Shown here in pieces: positions 40,120-49,371 of a stretch of DNA of 64,000 bases. The notes under the pieces are model-generated. The model was not told the origin of the DNA. It saw nothing but the letters and a program-made list of their open reading frames with translations, and made no database searches. How positions within the stretch are numbered: the first letter of the stretch is position 1; each line of letters starts with the position of its first letter. A program made the position numbers and the translations under genes. The stretch spans positions 1,824,001 through 1,888,000 of the forward strand of contig OY969807.1 of NCBI GenBank assembly GCA_963703285.1. The letters are read 5' to 3'. The DNA is from an uncultured Nitrososphaerota archaeon (GTDB taxonomy: Archaea; Thermoproteota; Nitrososphaeria; Nitrososphaerales; Gagatemarchaeaceae).

Positions 40120-40431
40120 ATGACGCAGTACGCGCGAATCAAGCTCACCAGCTCCAACCTAGAGCAGCTCGACAGGCTGGCCAAGGAGATCAAAGACATC
40201 ACCGAGAAGACCGGCGTCAAGATCAAGGGACCCCAGCCCCTCCCGACTAAGAGGCTCAAAATCACGACCAGGAAGGCCCCTACCGGCGAAGGGACCCACA
40301 CGTTCGACCACTGGCAGCTCCGGATTCACCGCAGGATCATGGACATCGAGCCCGACGACAGGACGATGAAGCAGATCACCAAGCTCCGGATACCCGAAGA
40401 CGTGAAGATAGAACTCACGCTTACGAGCTAG
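40120..40431 (+). CDS. rpsJ: 30S ribosomal protein uS10
   Basis: ARIKLTS, GPQPLPTK, RKAPTGEGTHTFDHWQLRIHRR. Confidence 0.96.
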   Translation: MTQYARIKLTSSNLEQLDRLAKEIKDITEKTGVKIKGPQPLPTKRLKITTRKAPTGEGTHTFDHWQLRIHRRIMDIEPDDRTMKQITKLRIPEDVKIELTLTS

Positions 40432-41314
40432 ACCGCATCCAGTCGGCCGTCCTCCTCAGTCCGGTTTCCAGGTCGAGTTCATACTCGTAACCCAGAAGCC
40501 TCTTAATCTTCTCGGTAGAGGGATAGCTCACCTGCGGCTCCGATTCCGACTCGCTCCTCGGAGGGAGCATCTGCAGCTCTGACCTGGAGCCAGTCAGCTC
40601 CTTTATCGTCTCGGCCAGCTGCCTGATCGTGACCGTCCTCTCGCCCGCGAAGTTGAAGGCCTGCCCGATGGCGGAGTCCTTCTCGATCAGGTTGGCGACG
40701 AGCCGCCCATAGTTCACGGCGTGCGAGGGTGCGGTGGTGTCACGTCCGGAGTTGAAGAGCTTGATCGGCTCGTTGCGCAGGCAGGAGGAGATGAACCGCG
40801 GCACCGCCCTGTTGGGCGCGTCGTACTCCCCGAAGAGAAGCCAGGCCCTCGTTATCGAGACGGGCAGCCCCTTCGCGCGGTTGTACCCCATCACGAACGA
40901 TTCCCCCGCCACCTTGGAGTAGTCGTAGGGGACCCTGGGGCTGAACCTCGCCTCCTCGGTGACGGGGTTATCCTTCGGGGCGCCATAGACGTTCGCCGAG
41001 CTGGCATAGACGACTCTCCTGACGTTCTTCCGCAGGGCGAGCTCCAGGACGTTGAGGGTGCCGTAGCTGTTGACCTCGAAGGCCCCGTAGGGGTCCTCGA
41101 CCGTCTTGCGGAGGTCCGCTATCCCGGCAAGGTGCACCACCGCCTCGAAGTCGAGCCTCCCGAGCTCGTTCAGGACGAAGGACCGGTCGGTCACGCTCCC
41201 CGCGTTCGGGCCGCCCGCTACGTCCGTCGGAATCGGCTCATGGCCGTGGGAGGAGAAGTACCGCATGACGTGCTTCGCCACGAACCCGGATGCGCCGGTG
41301 ACTAGGACCTTCAC
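40421..41314 (-). CDS. NAD-dependent nucleotide-sugar epimerase/dehydratase
   Basis: VTGASGFV, HLAG, ASSANVYG, YDYSK. Confidence 0.92.
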   Translation of the reverse strand: MKVLVTGASGFVAKHVMRYFSSHGHEPIPTDVAGGPNAGSVTDRSFVLNELGRLDFEAVVHLAGIADLRKTVEDPYGAFEVNSYGTLNVLELALRKNVRRVVYASSANVYGAPKDNPVTEEARFSPRVPYDYSKVAGESFVMGYNRAKGLPVSITRAWLLFGEYDAPNRAVPRFISSCLRNEPIKLFNSGRDTTAPSHAVNYGRLVANLIEKDSAIGQAFNFAGERTVTIRQLAETIKELTGSRSELQMLPPRSESESEPQVSYPSTEKIKRLLGYEYELDLETGLRRTADWMRSSS

Positions 41315-41365
41315 GGCCCGGAGGGGCGGGTCGTTTGTTATTTAAAAAAACCGTGAGCGTCGTCC

Positions 41366-41746
41366 TCACAGCAGCGACTGCCTGTAGGAGTCGACGAAGG
41401 GCGGGTCAATGACTCCGGAGACGAGCCTCTCCCTCCCCTCCGTGTCCAGGACCGGCATGGCGGTCGCGTGATAGGGGAGGTCGAGAGCATCCAGCTTCGT
41501 GTCGTCCTCGGTCTCGGCCACCTTGACGCAGCTTCCGCCCCCCAGCTGGTAGTGGTACAGCCTGACGATTCTCCTCTCCCCGAAGCCTCCTCCCCTGCCT
41601 CCTGCGGCGGTCGAGCCGTCGGGTAGCTGGAGCACGTAGACGGTGTTGGGCGTCGCGGGATCCCTCAGGTCTATCGGCCTCTCCGCCACGTAGACCCTCC
41701 TTCCCTTTCCCGTGACGAGCTCGAGAAGCTCGGAGAGTCCGTCCAT
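41366..41746 (-). CDS. Hypothetical protein
   Basis: 126 aa, TTAAA box upstream, genome-like codon usage. Confidence 0.7.
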   Translation of the reverse strand: MDGLSELLELVTGKGRRVYVAERPIDLRDPATPNTVYVLQLPDGSTAAGGRGGGFGERRIVRLYHYQLGGGSCVKVAETEDDTKLDALDLPYHATAMPVLDTEGRERLVSGVIDPPFVDSYRQSLL

Positions 41747-41786
41747 GTTCGATCTGACGGGTGGACCTTGGTTTAAGGTTGCGGCG

Positions 41787-42707
41787 CTATATCCCGAGGG
41801 CGACCCTGAGGTTCTTGTACCTGTTCCTGATCGTGACCTCGGTCACACCAGCGGCCCTGGCGATGTCGCGCTGGGTCTTATCCTCCCCGGAGAGCGTGCT
41901 GGCGACGTAGAGCGCCGAAGCCGCCAATCCCACGGGGTCCTTGCCAGCCGCGACGCCGAGCTGCCTCGCCTTGGCCAGTATCTCGAGGGCCCTCCTCCTC
42001 GTCCTCTCGCCAGCCTCGACCCTCGAGGCTATCTTAGCGACCGACTTGGCAGGGTCGGGCACCGGCATCTTGATGTCCATCTCCCTGACGAGCAGCCTGT
42101 ACGACCTCGCGAGGTCCTTCCTGCTTATGTTCGCGACGTTGGAAACGTCCTTCAGCGTCCTCGGGATTTCGCTGTCCCTGCAGGCGGCGTAGAGAGACGC
42201 GGCGATCATCTCTGTGATAGACCTCCCCCTAATCAGACCCCTCTCCAGCGCCTTCCGGTAGATGTACGCCGCCCGCTCCACAATCTCCTCCGAGAGCGAG
42301 AGTTTGTCGGCGAACGTGCGCAGTTGCACGAAGGCCTTGCCCATGTTCCTGTCCGACGACTCGTGCATCTGGGACCTCCTGTCCCAGGTCCTGAGCCTCT
42401 CCACGGTAGTCCTCATCGAGCCAGTAAGGGGTCTGCCCGTCGAGTCCCTGTTGGCGGGACCTATCGTCGTCGAAAGTCCCATGTCGTGAGAGGCTATCGA
42501 TGTGGGGAGCCCCGCCCGGCTCTCGTCCTTCGACTCGTTATTGCCCGAGGACCTCCACTCGGGCCCCGTGTCCTCTATCTTCTCCTTCAGGACATATCCG
42601 CAGTTACCGCAAATCAGCTCGCCGCTCTCGGAATCAAAGACCATCTTGCCGGTCCCGCACCTGGGACACTTATTGAGAGCCCGCTGAATCCTGAGCTGCC
42701 TCGCCAT
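41787..42707 (-). CDS. tfb: Transcription initiation factor B (paralogue 1)
   Basis: CPRC..CGNCG Zn ribbon, GPEWR, two cyclin repeats, GVTEVTIRNRYK. Confidence 0.96.
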   Translation of the reverse strand: MARQLRIQRALNKCPRCGTGKMVFDSESGELICGNCGYVLKEKIEDTGPEWRSSGNNESKDESRAGLPTSIASHDMGLSTTIGPANRDSTGRPLTGSMRTTVERLRTWDRRSQMHESSDRNMGKAFVQLRTFADKLSLSEEIVERAAYIYRKALERGLIRGRSITEMIAASLYAACRDSEIPRTLKDVSNVANISRKDLARSYRLLVREMDIKMPVPDPAKSVAKIASRVEAGERTRRRALEILAKARQLGVAAGKDPVGLAASALYVASTLSGEDKTQRDIARAAGVTEVTIRNRYKNLRVALGI

Positions 42708-43011
42708 GTCACCCGTCGATGTCTGCATTTCTATAACCATTGTTATGAGCTCCAAAACAAGTATTTATACTTGGTAGTCATCTGAAACTTACTACGGTCG
42801 CTTTACCTTGCTTGGTACAGGCATACTTACCACTAGGAATGGCGGGACTTGTCGAAATATCCTGCGACACCGGAAATGATTGTTGATAGAATTCTGGATA
42901 TCTGGAGCAAAATAAATAATACCTTAATGGTCTCCCAATCAGACGGCTCGAGAGATAGAATCTACTCAACAGTCTACGGACTAGACGTCGACGCTGATAT
43001 GAATATGGGTA

Positions 43012-44196
43012 CTATGTTTCCTTCGAGAACTCCAGGGCGACCGCCGCTAGAGAGACTGAACCATATTTCAGCACGTCCTCGTCAACCTTGAACCTTGAAC
43101 TGTGGTTGGGGGCGGTGCACCCCTTCGAGACGTTGGTCGTGCCGAGGTACCAGAAGACTCCAGGGGCCTTCTGGAGGAATCTGGACATGTCCTCACCTCC
43201 GAGCCTCTGGTCCATCAGTTTGGTCTTGGCGCCCCGGATCCTCCTGAGGACCCGTACCACCCTCTCCGCAGCTCTCTCGTCGTTGTAGGTCACCGGGTAG
43301 GGGTCCTTCTTGAACTCTATCTCGCACTTCGCCCCATAGGCGCGGCAGGTCGAGCTGACCACCTGCTTGATGTCGGCGAGGGCCTTCGTCCGCGTCTCCC
43401 TCTCCAGGGTCCGCATGGTGCCCTCAAGGACGACCTCGTCGGGGATTATGTTGTCCTTCGTGCCGCCGTGTATGCTGCAGACAGATATCACGAACGGCCT
43501 TATCGGGTTGACCATCCTTGAGGAGACCCCCTGCAGCGCTATTGTCACCTGTGCAGCCACGTAGACAGGGTCGACCGTCTTGTGGGGCGCCGACCCGTGG
43601 CCGCCCCTGCCTATCACCCTGATCCTGAAACCGTCGGGCCTGGCCATGAAGGCGCCCCCCCTCACCCCGAAGGTGGCCGAGGGGAAGTCGCTCGCGATGT
43701 GGAGACCGAAGACGTTGTCGACGTGGGGGTTCTCCATCGCCCCCGCCTCGATCATCGGCTTGGCCCCTCCTCTCCCCCCGTCCTCCTCGGCCGGCTGGAA
43801 GAGGAACTTGACGTCGCCTGCCAGCTCGCGCTTGTGCTTCACGAGGAGCATCGCCGCTCCGAGTAGCATGGCGACATGGGTGTCGTGTCCGCAGGCGTGC
43901 ATAACCCCCTTCCTCTTCGACCTGAACTCGACGTCGACGTTCTCTTGCACAGGGAGGGCGTCCATGTCCGCCCTGAGCGCGACTACGCGGCCCTTCTTCC
44001 CGGTCCTCAGGATTCCGACGACGCCCGTCCCTCCGACGCGCGTCTTCACCTCTATCCCCAGCGACTTCAACTCCTTTGCCACGAGCGCCGCCGTCGCCGT
44101 CTCGTGATAGGCGAGCTCTGGCTTCTGGTGGATCGTCCTCCTGATCTCTATGATCCGAGGTTCGACCCGCTTGACCTCGTCGATGAGGCTCGGCAC
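43012..44196 (-). CDS. M20D amidohydrolase/carboxypeptidase
   Basis: LRADMDALP, MHACGHD, FQPAEE, GGHGS, GED, NHS. Confidence 0.95.
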   Translation of the reverse strand: MPSLIDEVKRVEPRIIEIRRTIHQKPELAYHETATAALVAKELKSLGIEVKTRVGGTGVVGILRTGKKGRVVALRADMDALPVQENVDVEFRSKRKGVMHACGHDTHVAMLLGAAMLLVKHKRELAGDVKFLFQPAEEDGGRGGAKPMIEAGAMENPHVDNVFGLHIASDFPSATFGVRGGAFMARPDGFRIRVIGRGGHGSAPHKTVDPVYVAAQVTIALQGVSSRMVNPIRPFVISVCSIHGGTKDNIIPDEVVLEGTMRTLERETRTKALADIKQVVSSTCRAYGAKCEIEFKKDPYPVTYNDERAAERVVRVLRRIRGAKTKLMDQRLGGEDMSRFLQKAPGVFWYLGTTNVSKGCTAPNHSSRFKVDEDVLKYGSVSLAAVALEFSKET

Positions 44197-44385
44197 GGGC
44201 TAACATCTCCGGGCGGCCGATAAATTAGTTGCGATGCAGGCCGAAAAGATTCGAGTTGCGAAGCCTGATCACGAGAGTAGAGCACAAGCGAACACATGGA
44301 CCAAAGCCTGGACGCCGCGCCCAACCATCGCCCAGGCGTTTGGTTGGCGCCGGGGGTGGCCGGTGTTCACGAACTCTCTCTCAGC

Positions 44386-45153
44386 TCAGGTCCACCCGCC
44401 CAGCATCCCGCCGTCCACGGCGACGACGCTTCCGGTCACGAAGGACGAGTCGTCCGACGCAAGGAAGAGGGCCACCTTGGCGACCTCCTCCGGGTCGCCT
44501 ATCCTTCCGAGCGCGTGCTTGCGGGCCAGCTCGGCCTCGGCTTCCTTGGGGTTGGGAGCTTTGCTCGGGATGTCCCTCAGCATCGGGGTCTCTATCGCCC
44601 CGGGGCAGATGCAGTTCACCCGGACGTTGTCCTTGGCGAAGTCCATCGCCGTCGCCCTCGTGAGCATCAGCACGCCGCCCTTCGAGGCGTCGTAGGCTGC
44701 CTCGTCCCTCATCGCCATGAGAGAGTTTATCGATCCGGTATTGATTATCACACCCCTCTTCTGCTTGATCATGTGCGGCAGCGCGTACCTCGTGCAGAGG
44801 AAGGTCCCGTTGATGTTCGTGTCTATGACCTCTCTCCACTCCTTCTCGGAGGTGGTCAGGACGGTGCCCACCGGAGAGAGAGCAGCGTTGTTGAAGAGGA
44901 TGTCCACCCTTCCGAACGTCGCGATGGTCTTCTCTACCATCGCCCTGGCGTCGGAGCTCTTCGAGACGTCCGTCTTCACGAAGATCGCCCTACCGCCGTG
45001 TTCGGTGATCTCGTCGACGACCTTCTTCCCTCTGGCTGCGTTCCTCCCGGCCACGACGACCTTGGCGCCCTCCCTCGCGAAGAGCAGGGCGGTGGCCCGG
45101 TCTATGCCCGAGTTTCCTCCGGTGATTATCGCGACCCTTCCCTTCAACCTCAT
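44386..45153 (-). CDS. Short-chain dehydrogenase/reductase
   Basis: TGGNSGI(D), NNAA, YDASK, VNCICPG, VDGG. Confidence 0.93.
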   Translation of the reverse strand: MRLKGRVAIITGGNSGIDRATALLFAREGAKVVVAGRNAARGKKVVDEITEHGGRAIFVKTDVSKSSDARAMVEKTIATFGRVDILFNNAALSPVGTVLTTSEKEWREVIDTNINGTFLCTRYALPHMIKQKRGVIINTGSINSLMAMRDEAAYDASKGGVLMLTRATAMDFAKDNVRVNCICPGAIETPMLRDIPSKAPNPKEAEAELARKHALGRIGDPEEVAKVALFLASDDSSFVTGSVVAVDGGMLGGWT

Positions 45154-45219
45154 GGGCCTGCGTGGGGTACAGGGGGCTAACGAATACTTCTGAACGGCGA
45201 CGTAAACAGAACCCGGGCG

Positions 45220-46179
45220 GTGGGCACGGCTATCGCAAGGGCGGGTCTTGATGGGCGCGTATATACCGTAACCCGCTCTCTTCTCGTGGGTGCTCCTCCG
45301 CGGACTCTAGCCAGGGTGCTTTCCCTGCCTCGGAGAAGGACTATCCCTCTTGCGCTCAGAGTCGAACTCTACGGGCGAGCGAGAGAACTCAGAAGAAGTG
45401 GACTGGCCTATTTCAAGATCGCAGAGGCTTTGGAAAGACAATACAACATACGACCGTCGAAGGGCCAGCTCTCGGAGTGGCTCCGAGGAATTCACGGACC
45501 GCTCGGGAGCGCGAACAACTTCTCCGCTGAGCCGACTCCCGAACTCGCATACGTGATCGGTGTGACGCTGGGGGACGGCTCCCTCAATCGCAAGGGCTAC
45601 AACCGGCGAATCAGGCTCCAATCCGTCGACCTGGATTTTGTGTTGGAGTTCGACCGCTGCCTCTCCAAGGTGCTGGGCACCCGTAGGCACACGCCGTGGT
45701 TCGACACGAAGAGGAGAGAGATACACATCGAGGCCAGCAGCGTCCTTCTCCACGCCTTCCTAAACCGACCTTGGGAACGGCTCAAGCCTTGGATAACCCA
45801 CTGTAAAGCTTGCGTCTCAATGTTTCTGAAAGGGTTCTTCGATTCCGAATGTTCCGTGTCAAAAGACGGAAGCATTAGGTGCTATAACTCTGAAGTTAGG
45901 ATTCTGAGATTTGCCCGTCATCTTCTTGGGACTTTCTTCGGAGTAGAATCCACTGGACCGCGCATCTACACGAAGAGGGGTACCAAGATGTCGAATAGGG
46001 GACGGAGCTACTTCAGAAGACACAATTGCTATTACATTTATATCAGAGCGGCATCACTTGCAAGATTCTATCACGACGTCGGTCTTACGATACGGAGGAA
46101 GAAGATTCGACTTGAAGCCAAACTGGAAGTGCATTCGGCACAACCAAAGTTTCTGGTAAGCCAAGAGCGCCGGGGGTAG
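45220..46179 (+). mobile_element. Free-standing two-motif LAGLIDADG homing endonuclease gene with an N-terminal HTH-like segment (start uncertain)
   Basis: LAYVIGVTLGDGS and FLKGFFDSECS helices, lower-GC codon usage, no intein termini. Confidence 0.88.
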
Positions 46180-46296
46180 GATTCGAACCCACGAGACCCG
46201 GATGGGTCACAGGCTGACTTTGGTGCTACTCAAGGCCCGCGCATTACTGTGGAGGTGAATAGACCACTCTGCTTTCAGGCTCCAGTGAACCCCGGC
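46168..46296 (-). tRNA. tRNA-Ser(UGA) with three introns (46288-46274, 46261-46247, 46228-46216)
   Basis: Removing the inserts gives an 86-nt cloverleaf: GCCGGGG/CCCCGGC acceptor plus G73, GCA/TGC D stem, CGGGC/GCCTG anticodon stem with a CT-TGA-GA loop, GACCC/GGGTC variable arm, GTGGG-TTCGAAT-CCTAC T arm. Confidence 0.92.
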
Positions 46297-46381
46297 ATTC
46301 CCCGGCGTCATCGGACTGTCTCTGCCTCTTGATAAGGAGTAAGCTGTTAACATTATTATCCGCAGTCTGGAACGCACCCCC

Positions 46382-47275
46382 ATGGGTTCGGAGATTCAGA
46401 GGGTCGCCGTCCTGGGGGCGGGTTTGATGGGCCACGGCATCGCGCAGGTCTGCGCTCAGACGGCCGGATACGAGGTCATCCTGCTAGACGTGAATCGGGA
46501 GCTCGTCGAGAGGGGTCTGCTGATGATCCGAGAGAGCCTCTCGAGGTTCGTTGAGAAGGGCGCCATCACGCCCTCGGAGGCGGGGAAGATCATCGCAAGG
46601 ATAAACACCACGACCGACCTGCAGTACGCCGTCGAAGGCTCGCAGCTGGTGATCGAGGCCGCCACCGAGGACCCCGAGCTCAAGCTCGACCTTTTCGGGC
46701 GCGTCGCCGAGGTCATAGGACCCGGGACGGTGCTGGCGTCGAACACCTCCTCAATCAGCATCACGCTCCTCGGGTCGGCATCCAGGGACCCAAGTAAGGT
46801 CGTCGGCATGCACTTCTTCAACCCGCCCCAGCTCATGCCCCTCATAGAGATAGTGAGGGGCGCGAAGACCTCGGACGAGACAGTCGAGTTCGTGAGGGCC
46901 GCCGCCACATCGATGAAAAAGGAGACCGTCCTCTGCAAGAAGGACTCTCCCGGCTTCATCGTCAACCGCATCCTCGTCCCCGCCCTGAACGAGGCCACCC
47001 TGCTCGTGAACGAGGGCGTGGCCGACCCGGAGGACATCGACAAGGCGATACGTCTCGGATTGAACTGGCCGATGGGCCCGCTGAGGCTCCTCGACTACGT
47101 CGGCCTGGACACGACGCTCAACATCTCCGAGGTCTTCATGTCGGAGTTCGAGGACAGCAAATATCGACCGTCGCCCCTCATAAGGCAGATGGTGAGAGCG
47201 GGCCTCCTGGGGAGAAAATCCGGCAAGGGGTTCTACGACTGGGGGTCTCCCTCTTCCACTAGGCCGAAAGCCTAG
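46382..47275 (+). CDS. 3-hydroxyacyl(butyryl)-CoA dehydrogenase
   Basis: GAGLMGHGIA, SNTSS, GMHFFNP, PGFIVNR, PMGP, GRKSGKGFY. Confidence 0.95.
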   Translation: MGSEIQRVAVLGAGLMGHGIAQVCAQTAGYEVILLDVNRELVERGLLMIRESLSRFVEKGAITPSEAGKIIARINTTTDLQYAVEGSQLVIEAATEDPELKLDLFGRVAEVIGPGTVLASNTSSISITLLGSASRDPSKVVGMHFFNPPQLMPLIEIVRGAKTSDETVEFVRAAATSMKKETVLCKKDSPGFIVNRILVPALNEATLLVNEGVADPEDIDKAIRLGLNWPMGPLRLLDYVGLDTTLNISEVFMSEFEDSKYRPSPLIRQMVRAGLLGRKSGKGFYDWGSPSSTRPKA

Positions 47276-47660
47276 ACCTGAGGGCCTCGGGGATCGGCAT
47301 CGGCTTGCCGTCCTTCCCCACGACCACGTGGACGGTGTGGCCGGTGCATAGCGGCTCCATCTCGGGTAGCCTGAAGACCTCGTTCTCGAAGGTGACGCTC
47401 GTCCTGCCCATGTGCCTCAGCCGCGTCCTGACGAGCAACTCGTCGTCGAACCGCGCGGGAGCCTTGTAGTTGGCCTTCGCCTCCACGACGGGGATGAAGA
47501 TCCCCATCTCCTCGATGTCCCTGTACACGATGCCCCTAGACCTGAGAAGCTCCACCCTCCCCGACTCGAACCAGACGAAAAAATTCGCGTAGTACACGAC
47601 GTGCATTGTGTCCGTGTCCGCGTAGCGGACCCTGACCTTGATTTCGTGCTCGACGACCAA
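47259..47660 (-). CDS. YbgC/4HBT acyl-CoA thioesterase
   Basis: VRYADTDTMHVVYYANF..FESGR, PARFDD. Confidence 0.92.
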   Translation of the reverse strand: MVVEHEIKVRVRYADTDTMHVVYYANFFVWFESGRVELLRSRGIVYRDIEEMGIFIPVVEAKANYKAPARFDDELLVRTRLRHMGRTSVTFENEVFRLPEMEPLCTGHTVHVVVGKDGKPMPIPEALRSRLSA

Positions 47661-47773
47661 AGACGACGCTCGCGCCGGGCCGCGTGGCCGCTAGGCTTTT
47701 TGCGTTCTGGCTGCGCAGGCCGACCGACCAGCAAATCTTATCTCGCCTCGCCGACGGCAGTCGCCGCCCATTC

Positions 47774-48244
47774 ATGGTCGTCTACAGGCGAGCCAACCGG
47801 CAGTACGTCGCGATGTCCGAGGACGAGGTCTGGAGGTTCCTCGAGTCGCAGACGAAGATCTACGCGGGGTTCCCGATGGAGGACGGATACCCACACGTCT
47901 CCCCCATCTGGTTCTGCGTGGAGAACAGGACCATCTACCTGAGGACCCACGACTACAAGACGAAGACGAGGCTCGCTCGCGCAGGGAAGGCCTGCTGCGT
48001 CGCCGACGACGGCTTCCTGTACAGGGAGCTGAGGGGGGTCATAGTGTGGGGAAAATCGAGGGTGATAACCGACCCGAAGTTGATCGAGCACATCAACGGG
48101 ATACTGGACAGGAAGTACGCCGAGCAGCAGTGGAAGCCCTCCGAGATGCCCCGCAGCTGGGTAGAGGAGAGGAGGAAGGAGAGGCGGGCGTTCATCGAGG
48201 TCAGGCCGGAGAGGATAGACTCCTGGGACAACGGTAAGGTCTAA
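47774..48244 (+). CDS. Pyridoxamine 5'-phosphate oxidase-like (FMN/F420 split barrel) protein
   Basis: MSEDEV..FL, DGYPHVSPIWF, YRELRGV, SWDNGK. Confidence 0.85.
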   Translation: MVVYRRANRQYVAMSEDEVWRFLESQTKIYAGFPMEDGYPHVSPIWFCVENRTIYLRTHDYKTKTRLARAGKACCVADDGFLYRELRGVIVWGKSRVITDPKLIEHINGILDRKYAEQQWKPSEMPRSWVEERRKERRAFIEVRPERIDSWDNGKV

Positions 48245-48786
48245 TCGAGCTCCCAGACCTCATCCTCGACCCCCTCCAGTACGTTGGCAGACCTCGCCGC
48301 GTTGAAGAGGTACGTCGAGAGCCTGTTGAGGAACGGCACCATCTCGGGGTTGACGTCCTCCTTCTTGGAGAGCGAGACGACCGTCCTCTCGGCCCTCCTG
48401 CACACCGAGCGGGCGAGATGGAGGTTTGCGGAGAGGGCGCTCCCGCCGGGGAGGATGAACTTGGTAAGGCTCGGGAGCTTCGCCTGCAGCCCGTCGATCA
48501 TGGCCTCGAGCTTCCCGACGTCCTCCTTCCCGATGCGGGGAACCCTGTCCTGACGACCGCCCGTGGGACGTTCCGACGCCAGGTCCGCCCCGGCGACGAA
48601 GAGCCTCCCCTGCACCCACCTCAGGTCCCTTGAGACCTCTTCCTGCACGCTGCTCGCGACGGCGACCCCGATGCAGCTGTTGAGCTCGTCCACCGTCCCG
48701 TAGGCCTCGACCCTCTGGGAGTCCTTCGCGACCCTCTTGGAGCCGTAGAGCCCGGTCTCGCCCCTGTCTCCCCCCCGAGTGTACAT
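48241..48786 (-). CDS. PduO-type cob(I)alamin adenosyltransferase
   Basis: YTRGGDRGET, YGTVDELNS, FILPGG, RSVCRRAER, LNRLS. Confidence 0.95.
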   Translation of the reverse strand: MYTRGGDRGETGLYGSKRVAKDSQRVEAYGTVDELNSCIGVAVASSVQEEVSRDLRWVQGRLFVAGADLASERPTGGRQDRVPRIGKEDVGKLEAMIDGLQAKLPSLTKFILPGGSALSANLHLARSVCRRAERTVVSLSKKEDVNPEMVPFLNRLSTYLFNAARSANVLEGVEDEVWELD

Positions 48787-48902
48787 CTGGGTTTCGCTTT
48801 CTTGTCTTTTAATCAACTATTTTAGGCTTGGAGTCGCAACTTTTCTCGACCGAAGGGATATAATCTAACCTTGCGCAGACTCGAAAGTTGGTGTAAAGTT
48901 AA

Positions 48903-49322
48903 ACGACCGAATTCTCCACTGATGAAACTCACCTCTTCACGCCCCACGAGGCCGCGCGCATCCTGCCGGACCTGAAGCTCAGGCTCAAGGAGATAATCGA
49001 GCGCAAGAGGATTGCCGACGGTCTGAAGAACGAGATCGAGCGCTACGGCCTGGTCGGGTTCGAGACCCCGGAGCTTTTGCAGAAGACCCAGGAGCTCGAC
49101 GCCGTCGTGAAGGACCTTATGTCCCGGGTCGCTGAGCTGGAGGACCTCGGGGTCAGGGTGCGCGACATCGACACGGGCCTGATAGACTTCCCGGCAATCA
49201 GGTTCGGGAACACCGTCTACCTCTGCTGGAGGTACGGCGAGTCCGAGATCGAGTACTGGCACAACGCCAACGAGGGTTTCAGCGGCAGGAAGTCCCTGAG
49301 GCAGCAGGTCATCTCCCAATAA
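48903..49322 (+). CDS. DUF2203 family protein (start codon non-canonical or uncertain)
   Basis: FTPHEA..ILP upstream in frame, DIDTGLIDFPA, YLCWRYGE..I.YWH..GFSGRK. Confidence 0.85.
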   Translation, partial: TTEFSTDETHLFTPHEAARILPDLKLRLKEIIERKRIADGLKNEIERYGLVGFETPELLQKTQELDAVVKDLMSRVAELEDLGVRVRDIDTGLIDFPAIRFGNTVYLCWRYGESEIEYWHNANEGFSGRKSLRQQVISQ

Positions 49323-49371
49323 CCGCGCGACGAAACGATTAGGTTTTGTATCAGCACTTCCAGGACGTTCC

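Noticed and set aside
42849-43091. 80-aa ORF divergent from tfb
   Set aside because: Atypical codon usage, overlaps the amidohydrolase 3' end, no motif. More likely a promoter region.
45220-46179. LAGLIDADG as part of an intein or tRNA/rRNA intron
   Set aside because: No Hint-domain termini or extein. It lies outside and antisense to the tRNA, and no rRNA is nearby.
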